DNA from: a virus
Taxonomy: Duplodnaviria > Heunggongvirae > Uroviricota > Caudoviricetes
DNA: 64,000 bases
Virus record (IMG/VR): IMGVR_UViG_3300017917_003366
Strand: one strand, 5' to 3'
Part shown: piece by piece, positions 17,574-26,903 of the stretch
Numbering within the stretch: position 1 is the stretch's first letter
How the letters are laid out: every line of letters begins with the position of its first letter
Translations under genes and position numbers: made by a program
Notes under the pieces: generated by a model
The model's database searches: none
What the model was told of the DNA's origin: nothing
What the model saw: the letters and a program-made list of their open reading frames with translations, nothing else

Positions 17574-18141
17574 TTATTTTTTTATCATCGACATATCCAA
17601 CTTTTATTAAGTGTTTCTTTAATTGATTGTAATGAGATGGTTTAATATGTGAAATCAAATAATCCATCTCCACTTTATATTTTAAATTGGTATAATATAA
17701 TCCGTGAGCAATCTCATGATTCATCGTTGATGATTTCAAAGTATCTGCACCAATCAAATACCATGGGTGAGGTATGCCTTCATTTTTTATTTGCGATTCT
17801 CTATCACAATAATTAATGATTTCGCTCATTATCTCATCGTAATTGGTTTCGGTTTTCTTAAACAATCTTTTTGCTTCAAATAAAATATTTGAAGGGATGT
17901 TATAACCGCTCCAATCTACGGGGTATGTGAAAACTAATTTCTTATTTGTTTTCGTATAGAGTCTCATGTACTGCTCCAACGTAAAGAATTGTCTTCTTAT
18001 TTCAGGGAACGGTGATTCGTAAAACTCTTGGTATCTACAAAATAACATTGACCTATCGTAATTGTCTTTGATTACGACGGCGAATATGTATGGTTTTATT
18101 TCTTCAATATGTCCCTTAACTAAAGGATTATCTATTATCAT
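17452..18141 (-). CDS. Hypothetical protein with HExxH zincin-like motif (229 aa)
   Basis: MNHEIAHGLYY motif. Confidence 0.4.
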   Translation of the reverse strand: MIIDNPLVKGHIEEIKPYIFAVVIKDNYDRSMLFCRYQEFYESPFPEIRRQFFTLEQYMRLYTKTNKKLVFTYPVDWSGYNIPSNILFEAKRLFKKTETNYDEIMSEIINYCDRESQIKNEGIPHPWYLIGADTLKSSTMNHEIAHGLYYTNLKYKVEMDYLISHIKPSHYNQLKKHLIKVGYVDDKKIIDDEIQAFMSTGKLSSWSDVVYKTYSKEFKGVFKKFYAEQ

Positions 18142-18329
18142 TATTTGCCATTAAGAAATTGATTAGATAGGGAATCTGTTTTGATTTCGTCGATGTTTTG
18201 CATCTCTACCTTTTTATTCTCGTTTCTTAATTTATTAATCTCCCTTCTTTGGAAGTAACATAATAACAATAGTGCCAGTGCTCCGGCCATCGTTAAGTTC
18301 TTTTGGTTTTTTTTAAAAAATTCTATCAT
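18141..18329 (-). CDS. Small membrane protein (62 aa)
   Basis: Single TM segment (LTMAGALALLLLCYF). Confidence 0.35.
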   Translation of the reverse strand: MIEFFKKNQKNLTMAGALALLLLCYFQRREINKLRNENKKVEMQNIDEIKTDSLSNQFLNGK

Positions 18330-18495
18330 AAATTAAAATTCAGATTCTGTGTGATTTTTATCTTCATCCTCATCCCACCACAAAAAGTCCTCACCTTTAT
18401 AATCGGGATGATTCTCTTTCATATAATCAATTGCCTCCACCCAAAAATAAACTAGAGGTGCGAGTATAACCATCATAATTAAAAATATCCAAAGA

Positions 18496-18753
18496 TTACC
18501 CATTTTTTTGTTTTTCTAAAGATTTACGTAATTCTTCGGCAAACTCTTCTTTAATCTCCTCAATTGATTTTATGATTCTACCTCTTTCATCAACAATGTT
18601 GCCGTCTTTATCTAAAAGATTACCATTTTCATCCATATGAGGTGCGGTACTAAATGCGAATACGAAAATTAGTATCCCCACAATTAAGAACCCAAGAAAG
18701 TAATATAATATCATCATGGCGTAAAATATTTTGATTTCCAAAATTGGTACCAC
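18496..18753 (-). CDS. Small membrane protein (85 aa)
   Basis: N-terminal TM segment (ILYYFLGFLIVGILIFVFAF). Confidence 0.4.
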   Translation of the reverse strand: MVPILEIKIFYAMMILYYFLGFLIVGILIFVFAFSTAPHMDENGNLLDKDGNIVDERGRIIKSIEEIKEEFAEELRKSLEKQKNG

Positions 18754-19112
18754 TTTCTCTTTTGTACTGGTTTACATAGAGAAAACGGATTATCACCGAA
18801 GTTCACTTTACCTAAATACTTCGAAGAAAGAACATTTAAGAAAATTTCATGATATTCCACAGGAATTGTATTGAAATCTGCGGTGATATCAACCCTTAAA
18901 GTAATTGGTCCATTATTGTGCTGAACAACTAACATTTCTTGCATCTTCACTATTGTGGATGTTTTAATATCAATCCATTCTCCACCAAATCCTATTTCCA
19001 TGTGATTTTCATTGTTGGGGTTTTGTAATGTCATTTCTTCTTCAATAATTGGTTCTACTTTTTTCTTTCTTCTACTCGGTTTCGTGCTCGAGGTATTGTT
19101 CACATTTGTCAT
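18714..19112 (-). CDS. Hypothetical protein (132 aa)
   Basis: ORF. Confidence 0.4.
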   Translation of the reverse strand: MTNVNNTSSTKPSRRKKKVEPIIEEEMTLQNPNNENHMEIGFGGEWIDIKTSTIVKMQEMLVVQHNNGPITLRVDITADFNTIPVEYHEIFLNVLSSKYLGKVNFGDNPFSLCKPVQKRKWYQFWKSKYFTP

Positions 19113-19344
19113 AGGTTTCTTTATCTATTTCTTTTAGGTAGTCAAAAGTCAATTCATATCTACCACTTATTGTTGACTCATTAAACCATTCAGAATAGAT
19201 ACTATCCTTTTCGTTTGTAACCTTCACCAAATCCGTTCTGAGAGTTTTATTTTCCTCATCTACTTTGGCATACTGTATCATCAACCAAATAGTGAGTAAC
19301 ATCAATAACATCAAATATGTTATTGGATTCTTTAGATATTTCAT
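19072..19344 (-). CDS. Small membrane protein (90 aa)
   Basis: TM segment LMLLMLLTIWLMI. Confidence 0.4.
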   Translation of the reverse strand: MKYLKNPITYLMLLMLLTIWLMIQYAKVDEENKTLRTDLVKVTNEKDSIYSEWFNESTISGRYELTFDYLKEIDKETYDKCEQYLEHETE

Positions 19345-19609
19345 AGTTAAAATTTAAAAAATTTCTTCGGCGATACCTAATATCTCAGCAATACAAAGTA
19401 GAGCGGCGGCGCCGGTAAAGTTTAAAGTAAAGAGACAATAACATGCCCCAATTCGTATACCCGACTTCACAATACTAATTCTGAAGTGGACATTAGTTTT
19501 TGATTCTTTTTCTTGCATATATAAATGATAAGTAAATTTTTTCTTTTTTCCAAATCCTTGACAAAACTAAACACCACAATGGAATTTAACAAATATTTTT
19601 TAGAATATC

Positions 19610-20998
19610 TTAAATAAAATCGAATTTTTCCTTCTTTATTTCTAAATTTTGGAAGTTTTCCATCCTTTTGTTTAAGATTTCTATAGATTTGTTAAACAAT
19701 TTATCAACCGGAGTATTAGCTTTACCATATGATTGTGAGAGTTTACCCTTACGATATTGTAAGTTTATCGTTTTTTTATTGTGTGTCATTGAGAGATAAA
19801 CATAGGAGAGCGCCGTGACAAATTGCTTACTCATACAATTTTTCATATTGTACCCTTCGGTTATGAAATCATCTTCAGTTTTTAAAATTCTAATCTCAAA
19901 TTTCTCATCATCAATTATGATTGGTTCTTCTATCTGTTTAACAAAATCACCTGAGTGACTCACTCTAACTCTATAACCTTTTTTGAAATAGTTTTTTAAG
20001 CTCTCCCATTTTTTAAACATTAACTCAAAACTGTCATCATCTTTGGCGTTGAATTTAACTTCCATATTTTTATTCAATAAAAAATCTCTGATAGTTAATA
20101 CTTCATTTAATGAATGAACTAATGAGTTGGATTGTAATCCTGACTTCTCCCAATTATTAAACAGTGATACCAAGAACTTCTTCTCCGATTCATTTTTCAA
20201 AGTGTGATAACGATTGTTGGAGACATTAATTCCACAACAATGTTCCATCCAATCGATTTGTTTTAAATAATCAATATAATTGTCACCAAATAATTTACAG
20301 ATGTAACTCAACGTTCTAATGTTTACGTCTCTGTCCTGCGCTTTATTTATTTCACCGATTAGGTATTTGGTTTTAATACCATACGAATCGAGTACTGCCG
20401 GTATGAATTTATATTCATTCTCCTTTAACCATTTTGTTTTGGGATAATCATGTAACAATGAATAGTACACGCCGTCATGACCTTTGATTTTCTTTTTATC
20501 CAAATGAAAATCTACAATCAAATCATAAAAGCTATTAAGGTTTGTCTTGTTAATATAATCTTTGTCTTTGAGGTGTTCGATTTCAATTAACGGGGTTAAT
20601 CTTGATACAAGATATCTTACCACATCATCACACGCTCGTTTATATTTCACACCCCAATAGTTGGTTCTCTTCTCACCTTTTAAGCAACCATTTTCAGTTA
20701 AGTCCAACAGATAATCAAATCTATTATCACCTCTCTTACTTTTATTTTTTATCATTTCTTCACCCAAACTTTCATTGACCAGTTGATAAACGATATTAAA
20801 GTTTCCATTTTTTAATTTCAAACTAAATCCATGGGATATTAAAATCTTTTTGAGCTTACCAAATCTTTTGTAATCAAAAGAGAACTCGGAATAGAAATGT
20901 ATATCTTCTGAGGTTTCATATAACCTCATCTCGCAAACATATTCAAGATTTGTTTTGCGTTCTTTTTTAACTTGTCGGTGATTAACCAATAAATCCAT
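19610..20998 (-). CDS. Large hypothetical protein (462 aa), paralog of the 626-aa neighbour
   Basis: Shares VLDSYGIKTKYL and the C-terminal EGYNMKNCMSKQF block with the adjacent 626-aa ORF. Confidence 0.55.
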   Translation of the reverse strand: MDLLVNHRQVKKERKTNLEYVCEMRLYETSEDIHFYSEFSFDYKRFGKLKKILISHGFSLKLKNGNFNIVYQLVNESLGEEMIKNKSKRGDNRFDYLLDLTENGCLKGEKRTNYWGVKYKRACDDVVRYLVSRLTPLIEIEHLKDKDYINKTNLNSFYDLIVDFHLDKKKIKGHDGVYYSLLHDYPKTKWLKENEYKFIPAVLDSYGIKTKYLIGEINKAQDRDVNIRTLSYICKLFGDNYIDYLKQIDWMEHCCGINVSNNRYHTLKNESEKKFLVSLFNNWEKSGLQSNSLVHSLNEVLTIRDFLLNKNMEVKFNAKDDDSFELMFKKWESLKNYFKKGYRVRVSHSGDFVKQIEEPIIIDDEKFEIRILKTEDDFITEGYNMKNCMSKQFVTALSYVYLSMTHNKKTINLQYRKGKLSQSYGKANTPVDKLFNKSIEILNKRMENFQNLEIKKEKFDFI

Positions 20999-21043
20999 AT
21001 ATAAAATATATATGGACTCACGGTCATTATGTAGTGTTAATTT

Positions 21044-22924
21044 CTAAAAACCAAATGGGTCGTTTTCTAAAAACCCGGCACCTCCACCCGCTTGTGGGAT
21101 TGGTACTTCCTTACCGTTAATTTTGACCCTAACTTTCTTAACATCAATGTGGTCGAGTAATCTCGAATACCTCAATGATTTAATTCTATCTGACACAACA
21201 CTAAGTGCTTTATTGAAATGTTCGGGTGGTATCCGATTACAGAAATGTCGTTCTTGTGTAACGTGACCTGTTTTCTTTTCGTACTCACAAGTTACCCTAT
21301 CCATTCCATTATTTAAACGAATAGATACAATCATTGAAGTTTCTTTATTTGCATACGATGCGACACAGTGGTGCATGAAAGAACCTTCCTCGGCATACTC
21401 CTCTTCCCTCTTTAGTATTGTGGGATGGAATTCATAGATTTCATCATTGAATTCATAAATGATTGGGGTTTCAATCTTTCTTACCGTTCTGTTATCATAA
21501 ACATATTCTTTGGACCAACCTTTACGAATAGTTAAGATTAATTTGGTTAATTCCAAGTGTTCGGTATGAAACTCATCGTAGGTCGTTGACCTTAATTTAT
21601 ATGAAGGGTCGTACTCCTTTAATTTTTTAATCATGTCAACGTGGTCCCTAAACAAACTGTATAATCCACTAACTGCTCTTAATGGTGCTTCGTTACCTCC
21701 TTTGACAAGTGAGTTGATGATTTTAATTATATTTTCCTTTTCTGATTGTTCCAAATCATGTTGTTCAGACACTTTTCTCGCATTAATCGGGATTGGTGAC
21801 TGGTAAACATTCTTTTCTTTTTTATCAAAAAACTTTAAAACCTTTTCATCCAAATTACCCATGTACTTACTATACTCACCACCAAAGAAACTTGCGAAAT
21901 TCCTTATCTCAAGGATGTCCATATAGGTGTTGGTATGGAATAACTTGTTTGTGAATTTTGATTTGATTCCGTAACTATCCAACACCGATAATATTAATTT
22001 ATTATCATTCCGTTTTAGGTACTTCTGACCCGGATAATGGAATCGAATTAAGGACATGTAATCATTTGGTACCTTAATCTTCTTTGTTTTAACAAAGAAA
22101 TCAATAAACCTTTTTAATAGGTCATTTCTACCTTCATTCTCCCTGATGTTAGGTAGCCATGAATTTAATTGACCCATCTCCTCCAAGATTGCTTGTATAA
22201 ACTCGGTATCGTTAATTGTTTTACAAAACTCAGGATAGATTTTAAGATTCCCATTTACTGAGTTAATGAAATTAAAGAAAAAATTTGATGTGATGAGACG
22301 CTCAACAAATGCAAAGGAGTTTTTTCTAAAACGTGTACTCCTACTATTACCAATAACATTTGTTTCACCTATTGTGAAGTTACCGGTTGATAGGTCGAAT
22401 GTTAAACTCTCGGAATGAAATTTCCTTTTAAAGTATATTTTATTTACTCCTCTGTATTTTGTAAATTTCTTTGCCTTGATAACAAGTTTTCCTTCATCAA
22501 TAACAATTGTTCTTTCTATTGTTACTATAATAATAGATGATGAGGGTCTACCGTAATGTCTTTTGATGTGTTTGTCTTCGGTGGTGTAGAAATTCTCCCC
22601 ACCATCAGTACCATAAAAGCTTATGAATGGAACTTTACTATGTTCCTTTGGTTCGTCATTATCTAAATGATAATGATTGGTTTTCCTATTATTCTTTTTT
22701 TTGAAGAAGGTGATATCAGTAACAACTTTTCTAAATGGAGTTGGACGTTTTTTAAGCTCATCAATTAAACGAACTGTGTTCTCACCAAATATGTCATCGA
22801 AATCGTAATTCTTGGTCTCATGTTTATTCATTCGTTTTAACATGATACCCCTATCCTGAATGTTACAATAATCCTTACAGACCTTGATTATTGCGTATTG
22901 AAATCTCTGATTTAATATTTCCAT
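21044..22924 (-). CDS. Large hypothetical protein (626 aa), paralog of the 462-aa neighbour
   Basis: Shares VLDSYGIKSKF and the C-terminal EGSFMHHCVASYAN block. Confidence 0.55.
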   Translation of the reverse strand: MEILNQRFQYAIIKVCKDYCNIQDRGIMLKRMNKHETKNYDFDDIFGENTVRLIDELKKRPTPFRKVVTDITFFKKKNNRKTNHYHLDNDEPKEHSKVPFISFYGTDGGENFYTTEDKHIKRHYGRPSSSIIIVTIERTIVIDEGKLVIKAKKFTKYRGVNKIYFKRKFHSESLTFDLSTGNFTIGETNVIGNSRSTRFRKNSFAFVERLITSNFFFNFINSVNGNLKIYPEFCKTINDTEFIQAILEEMGQLNSWLPNIRENEGRNDLLKRFIDFFVKTKKIKVPNDYMSLIRFHYPGQKYLKRNDNKLILSVLDSYGIKSKFTNKLFHTNTYMDILEIRNFASFFGGEYSKYMGNLDEKVLKFFDKKEKNVYQSPIPINARKVSEQHDLEQSEKENIIKIINSLVKGGNEAPLRAVSGLYSLFRDHVDMIKKLKEYDPSYKLRSTTYDEFHTEHLELTKLILTIRKGWSKEYVYDNRTVRKIETPIIYEFNDEIYEFHPTILKREEEYAEEGSFMHHCVASYANKETSMIVSIRLNNGMDRVTCEYEKKTGHVTQERHFCNRIPPEHFNKALSVVSDRIKSLRYSRLLDHIDVKKVRVKINGKEVPIPQAGGGAGFLENDPFGF

Positions 22925-23003
22925 AAAATTTGTGTTCGGTGGTCAAATATACAAAATTTTTTTGTGAAATCACTATTTATATAAAAAATTTATAATATGG
23001 CAG

Positions 23004-23147
23004 CTAAAGGTTCAAAAGGTGGAAGTAAATCCAATGTTTCAATGAAAGTTAGTTTCGGTAAGAAAGGTACCGGAAAAGCTAAGAAATCATTCAACAAACA
23101 CGACCGCAAAGAAAAGAACTACAGAGGACAAGGTGGTCGTCGTTGAC
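23004..23147 (+). CDS. Small highly basic Gly/Lys-rich ORF (about 47 aa) on the plus strand in an intergenic gap
   Basis: ATG...TGA ORF MAAKGSKGGSKSNVSMKVSFGKKGTGKAKKSFNKHDRKEKNYRGQGGRR; not in the track (shorter than 60 aa). Confidence 0.25.
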
Positions 23148-23477
23148 TCACTGAAACATCTGTAGAAGGTAGTAAGATAACTTATACCCTGTGAATGCAC
23201 CTAATGCCGATGGTATTGGGAACACTATCATTTTACCCAAATCAGTCACATATTTCGGTCGGTTTACAATACGACCCATGAAATAGTAATATATTATATA
23301 ACCAATAAGAACAGCGATATCAGTTCGGGTGGCAATGAACACAACCAACGTTGCACCAATAAACCCAAATGTGAAGTTGTCCCGTATACCTTCCCAAATT
23401 TCGTATATACTAGCATTTTTATATTCCTTTACAATCTTATTAAACTGAACCTTCTGTTTTCTTATTACTTTTTCCAT
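23148..23477 (-). CDS. Membrane protein (109 aa)
   Basis: Two hydrophobic helices. Confidence 0.4.
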   Translation of the reverse strand: MEKVIRKQKVQFNKIVKEYKNASIYEIWEGIRDNFTFGFIGATLVVFIATRTDIAVLIGYIIYYYFMGRIVNRPKYVTDLGKMIVFPIPSALGAFTGYKLSYYLLQMFQ

Positions 23478-23725
23478 TACTTATTTTTAGTGGACCTTAT
23501 ATAAATTGTTATTCCCGCAGGTCCCGCGGTAACATCGTATGTGTTAAATCTATTGTCGGTCACATAACCGAAATCATCAAATCTAAAAATAATAACATCT
23601 TCTCCCTCAAAGATTCCGTGAATGGCATTAGTGTAGTAATCAATCGTTGGATGTTTAATCATACCTAACTTCCAAGAGTTTTTATATTCTTCTACCAGTT
23701 CTTCAGGGGATATGTATAATATCAT
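23477..23725 (-). CDS. Hypothetical protein (82 aa)
   Basis: ORF; ATGA-type overlaps. Confidence 0.4.
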   Translation of the reverse strand: MILYISPEELVEEYKNSWKLGMIKHPTIDYYTNAIHGIFEGEDVIIFRFDDFGYVTDNRFNTYDVTAGPAGITIYIRSTKNK

Positions 23726-23973
23726 TAATCAATATTGAATTCGTTGTTTAGATATTCTTGATACTTCACTTGAGCCATGTGTTCGTAGTGTTGTTCTCTG
23801 GTGTGTCGTTGAATAGTTTCAACCACAGCATCTGCATGTTCCTGTCCGAATTTTTCTACCATTTCGGTATAATCGTCAGTGTTCTCAAAATTTAAAAGGT
23901 TATCCACCACTTCATACACTTTAGTAGATGCTAGTGGTTCAAAATCTTCGAAGGTTAATTTTAAATCGCTCAT
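23725..23973 (-). CDS. Hypothetical acidic protein (82 aa)
   Basis: ORF. Confidence 0.4.
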   Translation of the reverse strand: MSDLKLTFEDFEPLASTKVYEVVDNLLNFENTDDYTEMVEKFGQEHADAVVETIQRHTREQHYEHMAQVKYQEYLNNEFNID

Positions 23974-24194
23974 ATAATTCGTTTGTTTATCTCGTGTAGA
24001 ACCTCAACACTATCATATCTCGGAGAGTAAATGAAGTCCCATAATGTTTTCCTTTTACTGAAAGGATGTGGTTGGGACATTGCCCATTTCTTACCCCATT
24101 CAAAATCTTCAACCGACCATCTTAAAGGTCTGTTTGGTTTCTTTACAAATAATCTTCTAAAAAATAATATTAACCACATATCAATAAATATCAA
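23970..24194 (-). CDS. Hypothetical protein (74 aa)
   Basis: ORF. Confidence 0.35.
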   Translation of the reverse strand: MIFIDMWLILFFRRLFVKKPNRPLRWSVEDFEWGKKWAMSQPHPFSKRKTLWDFIYSPRYDSVEVLHEINKRII

Positions 24195-25408
24195 TTACTT
24201 AAAGGTGCTTTTATTGTTGGGTGCGATTCATAATTCAATAGTTCAAAATTATGAATACTATAATAATCCAAATCTAACTTGTTTGGGTTAGGTTTTCCAT
24301 GTTCAAATAAAGTACGACTTATATTCAATGTTGGTAATTTATATGGTTCTCTGGTACGATATGGTATTTTATAAATTTCATAGTACTCACTCATACCCCC
24401 ACCAAACGGCGCCAAATCTTTTATGGCCATTTCATAACCATTTGGACCCATGGCATTTTTTAACATCTCTTCTCTTTCTTCATGAGAATACTTTCTACCA
24501 ATCTGTTCCTTCGCTTGTTCGATATGGTTTGAATATAGATGTACATCACCTAAGTTACCAATCAATTCATCAGGAACCATATTAACTTCTTTAGCGATGA
24601 TTTCAAGTAGTAAACCATAAGAAGCAATATTGAATGGTAAACCTAAGAATGTATCCACTGAACGTTGATTCCACATTAATGAGATTGCTCGTTTTGGAAC
24701 TCTTAAACTATCCATATGGACGTGATGATAATCCGAGTTTCTATTTAATGGGTCTCTTGTTTTGTTGAAGTAATCAATTCGTTCATCCAAGTTCAACTCT
24801 CTTGTATAAACCTGAAATCCGTAATGACAAGGTGGAAGTACCATTCGGTTTAATTCACCTACATTCCAAGCATTAACCATTAATCGTCTTGAGTCTGGAT
24901 TGTTTTTAAGGTCATTGATTAGGTTTGCGATTTGGTCTGTGTTAGAATTTAATCCTTCCCAACTTCTCCATTGTTCACCATACACGGGACCGAGTTCACC
25001 CCACTTTTTAGCAAACTCATCATCTGTTTTGATTTTGTTGATGAACTCTTCTTGTGTAAAAAACTTATAAGTACCCCTTTCAGTTTTTAACATTTCATCA
25101 TTAGCCAAAATATCTGGGTTTGATGATTTATAATTCTTATAAGCATCACCATCCCAAATATGACAACCATTATCAACCAAATACTTGATGTTGGTGTCTC
25201 CTCTTAGAAACCATATCAACTCGGTTACCATAGTTTTCCAAGCCATCTTCTTAGTAGTTAGAAGAGGAAACCCTTCACTCATCTTGTGACGGATTTGTCT
25301 ACCGAATACTGAAATAGTGCCGGTACCTGTTCTGTCTTTCTTCTCCACACCATTATCTATGATGTCCTGAAGAAGTTTCTGATATTGTTTATCAATATTA
25401 TTCATCAT
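24191..25408 (-). CDS. thyA: Thymidylate synthase (ThyA) family enzyme, unusually long (405 aa) with two internal insertions
   Basis: Canonical ThyA blocks in order: DRTGTGTISVFG, FPLLTTKK, ELIWFLRGDTN, GELGPVYGEQWRSW, PPCHYGFQVY (catalytic Cys), GLPFNIASYGLL (Asn retained, so a dUMP substrate), DVHLYSNH and C-terminal HPTIKAPLS. Insertions of about 40 aa before LGPVYG and about 30 aa after the Cys block. Confidence 0.8.
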   Translation of the reverse strand: MMNNIDKQYQKLLQDIIDNGVEKKDRTGTGTISVFGRQIRHKMSEGFPLLTTKKMAWKTMVTELIWFLRGDTNIKYLVDNGCHIWDGDAYKNYKSSNPDILANDEMLKTERGTYKFFTQEEFINKIKTDDEFAKKWGELGPVYGEQWRSWEGLNSNTDQIANLINDLKNNPDSRRLMVNAWNVGELNRMVLPPCHYGFQVYTRELNLDERIDYFNKTRDPLNRNSDYHHVHMDSLRVPKRAISLMWNQRSVDTFLGLPFNIASYGLLLEIIAKEVNMVPDELIGNLGDVHLYSNHIEQAKEQIGRKYSHEEREEMLKNAMGPNGYEMAIKDLAPFGGGMSEYYEIYKIPYRTREPYKLPTLNISRTLFEHGKPNPNKLDLDYYSIHNFELLNYESHPTIKAPLSN

Positions 25409-25767
25409 TCAAATGTTTGAATTTTAGCGTCGACCTCTTTTAATTCTGACCATGTTCCAAGATAGGTGATTGCTCTAACCTTTCGGTTATCAATCCACAC
25501 ATATTCTTGTCCGTCTTTAATTCTTGGTTTATCCATGACCAATCCGTGGTACTTAAATCCTTTTTCTTTTAACCACGTTTCGGTCACTTCTCTGTCTTTA
25601 CTCTCACGTGCGGTAAAGAATGTAATCACATTACCTTCATTGTACCACTTGTTGATAATTTCTAATGCGTTTGGGAAATGATTCGCCGTTGGGTAGAGAT
25701 GACTCTCTTCATTTTTAATATCATCACAAATCGTCCCATCAATGTCAATTAAAAATACTTTATTCAT
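25405..25767 (-). CDS. Small HAD-superfamily phosphatase (120 aa)
   Basis: VFLIDIDGTICDD (DxDGT motif I) at the N-terminus. Confidence 0.5.
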   Translation of the reverse strand: MNKVFLIDIDGTICDDIKNEESHLYPTANHFPNALEIINKWYNEGNVITFFTARESKDREVTETWLKEKGFKYHGLVMDKPRIKDGQEYVWIDNRKVRAITYLGTWSELKEVDAKIQTFE

Positions 25768-25987
25768 TTTCTTTTAAAATCTCATAACTTTTTTGGAATT
25801 GAACTCCAATCATAATGGTTAACCACCTAAAAGTAAATCCCCAAGCAGGTGTATAAACACCGGTTTCGAGAAATACTTCCTTACTGTAAAAAAATACGAA
25901 AGTTGGGATAATAAACCAATGGTATCTTTTGTTGTAGATAAAAAAATCTTTATCCCAAACTATCTTCGTTTTGTTCTCGTTTTTCAT
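25760..25987 (-). CDS. Small membrane protein (75 aa)
   Basis: Hydrophobic helices (WFIIPTFVFFY; WLTIMIGV). Confidence 0.35.
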   Translation of the reverse strand: MKNENKTKIVWDKDFFIYNKRYHWFIIPTFVFFYSKEVFLETGVYTPAWGFTFRWLTIMIGVQFQKSYEILKENE

Positions 25988-26174
25988 CTTTTAGTTTTGA
26001 AATACATTTGAAGATACAGTACGATTCATCGATATCAAATGCACCTTGTTTTGCTGCATGACTAATTGCCAAATCAATAAGCGTAAGTGCATTTTTGGTA
26101 TCAATCTCCTCTAAGAATTGAACCAAATCTTCTTTATTATCGTACTCGAATCCTCCACCAAATAGTGATGACAT
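25950..26174 (-). CDS. Hypothetical protein (74 aa)
   Basis: ORF. Confidence 0.35.
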   Translation of the reverse strand: MSSLFGGGFEYDNKEDLVQFLEEIDTKNALTLIDLAISHAAKQGAFDIDESYCIFKCISKLKDEKREQNEDSLG

Positions 26175-26185
26175 ATGTTTAAGTT

Positions 26186-26506
26186 TTAATCGTCGTAATC
26201 ACCGGTTGTTCTTCTTAGAAGTTTATCAACCTCGTCTTCCTTTTCTTTTAATTCGATAATTCTTATGTAGTAAGCATTTTCATCAGATTCAGGAGCATCC
26301 GCTTTAATGTTTTTATCAAACCACTTCGCAAACCATTTCCCCTTGTACATTAAAACTTGGCATCTTTCACCAAATTCATCGGCATCTACTTTGTCTAGTA
26401 AACCTTCATCAACAAGTTTATTTAATACGATTTCTTTAACCTTGTTAAAGTTTGACATTTCTGAAGTTAAGTCCATATCTATCGTCTTTTTTAAAATATA
26501 ATACAA
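26186..26506 (-). CDS. Hypothetical protein (106 aa)
   Basis: ORF. Confidence 0.4.
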   Translation of the reverse strand: MYYILKKTIDMDLTSEMSNFNKVKEIVLNKLVDEGLLDKVDADEFGERCQVLMYKGKWFAKWFDKNIKADAPESDENAYYIRIIELKEKEDEVDKLLRRTTGDYDD

Positions 26507-26537
26507 ATATACGAGAAATCCAAATAATTATAGAAAT

Positions 26538-26903
26538 ATGTTAGCAATAATAAACGGAAAACAATTCCAAGGAGAATACCTAACCCAACCTCATGAGATT
26601 CAAAAGGGGATGATGGGTAGAGATTCTCTTGATGGTTGTATGGTTTTTAAAATGGGAATGGGGCACCACACGTTTTGGATGAAAAACTGCGTTATCCCAT
26701 TAGATATTGTATTTGTAAACAAGAATAGAATTTCCCATATACATCAGAATTGTCCTCCAGCAGATTCACACGATATGAATCCACCGAGGTATACTGGTAT
26801 TGGTGACCACGTAATTGAATTCCCTGCCGGTACCTGTCAAGGTTGGAAGGTTGGGGATAAGGTTAACCTCTATCTTGGTACTCCACAGAACCCTGTGGGA
26901 TAA
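26538..26903 (+). CDS. DUF192-family protein (COG1430-like)
   Basis: GMMGRDSL, FWMKNCVIPLDIVFV and VIEFPAG blocks match the DUF192 consensus (GLMgR...FWMknTliPLDiiF...vLElpaG). ATG verified; plus strand. Confidence 0.55.
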   Translation: MLAIINGKQFQGEYLTQPHEIQKGMMGRDSLDGCMVFKMGMGHHTFWMKNCVIPLDIVFVNKNRISHIHQNCPPADSHDMNPPRYTGIGDHVIEFPAGTCQGWKVGDKVNLYLGTPQNPVG

